Shown: one piece after another, positions 25,436-25,678 of the stretch | Numbering within the stretch: position 1 is the stretch's first letter | How the letters are laid out: each line of letters begins with the position of its first letter | Source of the DNA: Candidatus Firestoneibacteriota bacterium | Lineage (GTDB): Bacteria > Oederibacteriota > D2-FULL-39-29 > JBDRBU01 | DNA: 25,678 nt | NCBI GenBank assembly: GCA_043822305.1 | Contig: JBDRBU010000122.1 | Span: 1 to 25,678 of the forward strand | Reading direction: 5' to 3' | Position numbers and translations under genes: made by a program | Notes under the pieces: model-generated | The model's input: only the letters and a program-made list of their open reading frames with translations | Told to the model about the DNA's origin: nothing | Databases searched by the model: none

Positions 25436-25462
25436 GTCATTTCTGCGAAAGCAGAAATCCAG
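25436..25462. repeat. dRS3/RPE-like palindromic unit GTCATTTCTGC-GAAA-GCAGAAATCCAG
   Basis: 8-bp perfect stem (25439-25446/25451-25458), GAAA loop; ATTTCT-N8-AGAAAT mirrors the ATTCCC-N8-GGGAAT pattern. Confidence 0.6.
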
Positions 25463-25512
25463 TGACTTTTAATTGTGGCTGTCCCCTTTATTCTCTTTCA
25501 CTCTATTTTTTA

Positions 25513-25673
25513 ATTCCCCCTTAATAAAGGGGGTTATGGGGTTGTTTAATTACAAGTTTCAGTTTGCTAAATAATATTTTATGGTTAAGTCCTCTTACAC
25601 GAAATTTCAATTTTGGATTATAATAAACATTCATAACAACAACCCCCTTGATCCCCCTTAACAAAGGGGGAAT
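25513..25673. mobile_element. miniature element with inverted CCCCCTT-N4-AAGGGGG ends enclosing a DUF559-like gene remnant
   Basis: Hairpins at 25516-25533 and 25653-25670 inside imperfect ~35-bp terminal inverted repeats. Confidence 0.55.
25521..25634 (-). pseudogene. 37-codon remnant with a DUF559/Vsr-like endonuclease N-terminus
   Basis: MNVYYNPKLKFRVRGL... resembles the YNPKLKxRARxLR start of DUF559 proteins; the catalytic remainder is absent. Confidence 0.5.
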
Positions 25674-25678
25674 ACAAT

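Larger units (their letters stand above)
24481..25489. mobile_element. ~1 kb cassette bounded by perfect 15-bp inverted repeats AAAGGGGACAGCCAC; no transposase
   Basis: 24481-24495 and its reverse complement at 25475-25489; the interior is visibly less AT-rich than the housekeeping genes. Confidence 0.5.

Overview
AT-rich bacterial chromosomal segment using genetic code 11 (TGA is a stop). It comes from a diderm organism (lolC/E-lolD present); the lineage cannot be fixed from sequence alone. The backbone is housekeeping: yceD-rpmF-plsX-fabH-fabD (-), dgt-dedA-gltX-[phd/relE TA]-galT (+), and a long minus-strand run lysS-lolC/E-lolD-ilvE-ppdK-two exported hypotheticals-recO-queC. The left end carries a decaying defence island downstream of fabD: RHH antitoxin, PIN/VapC toxin with an in-frame TAA, type I HsdR and a C-terminally truncated HsdM. 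The right end has an AAA_14/DUF4143 ATPase. Beyond it lies a ~1 kb cassette bounded by perfect 15-bp inverted repeats; it encodes a predicted 4-TM + winged-HTH protein directly followed by a helically phased, inverted array of TGCGYA motifs, the best candidate here for an undescribed system. Intergenic regions hold many small palindromic or mobile relics: a bipartite GGGACA...GTAGTTGCC element in three copies (one rewrites the QueC C-terminus), a split GTAG-REP, a solo IS1202/ISNCY-like end, a dRS3-like hairpin, and a mini element carrying a DUF559-like N-terminal remnant. No rRNA, tRNA or CRISPR array was seen.
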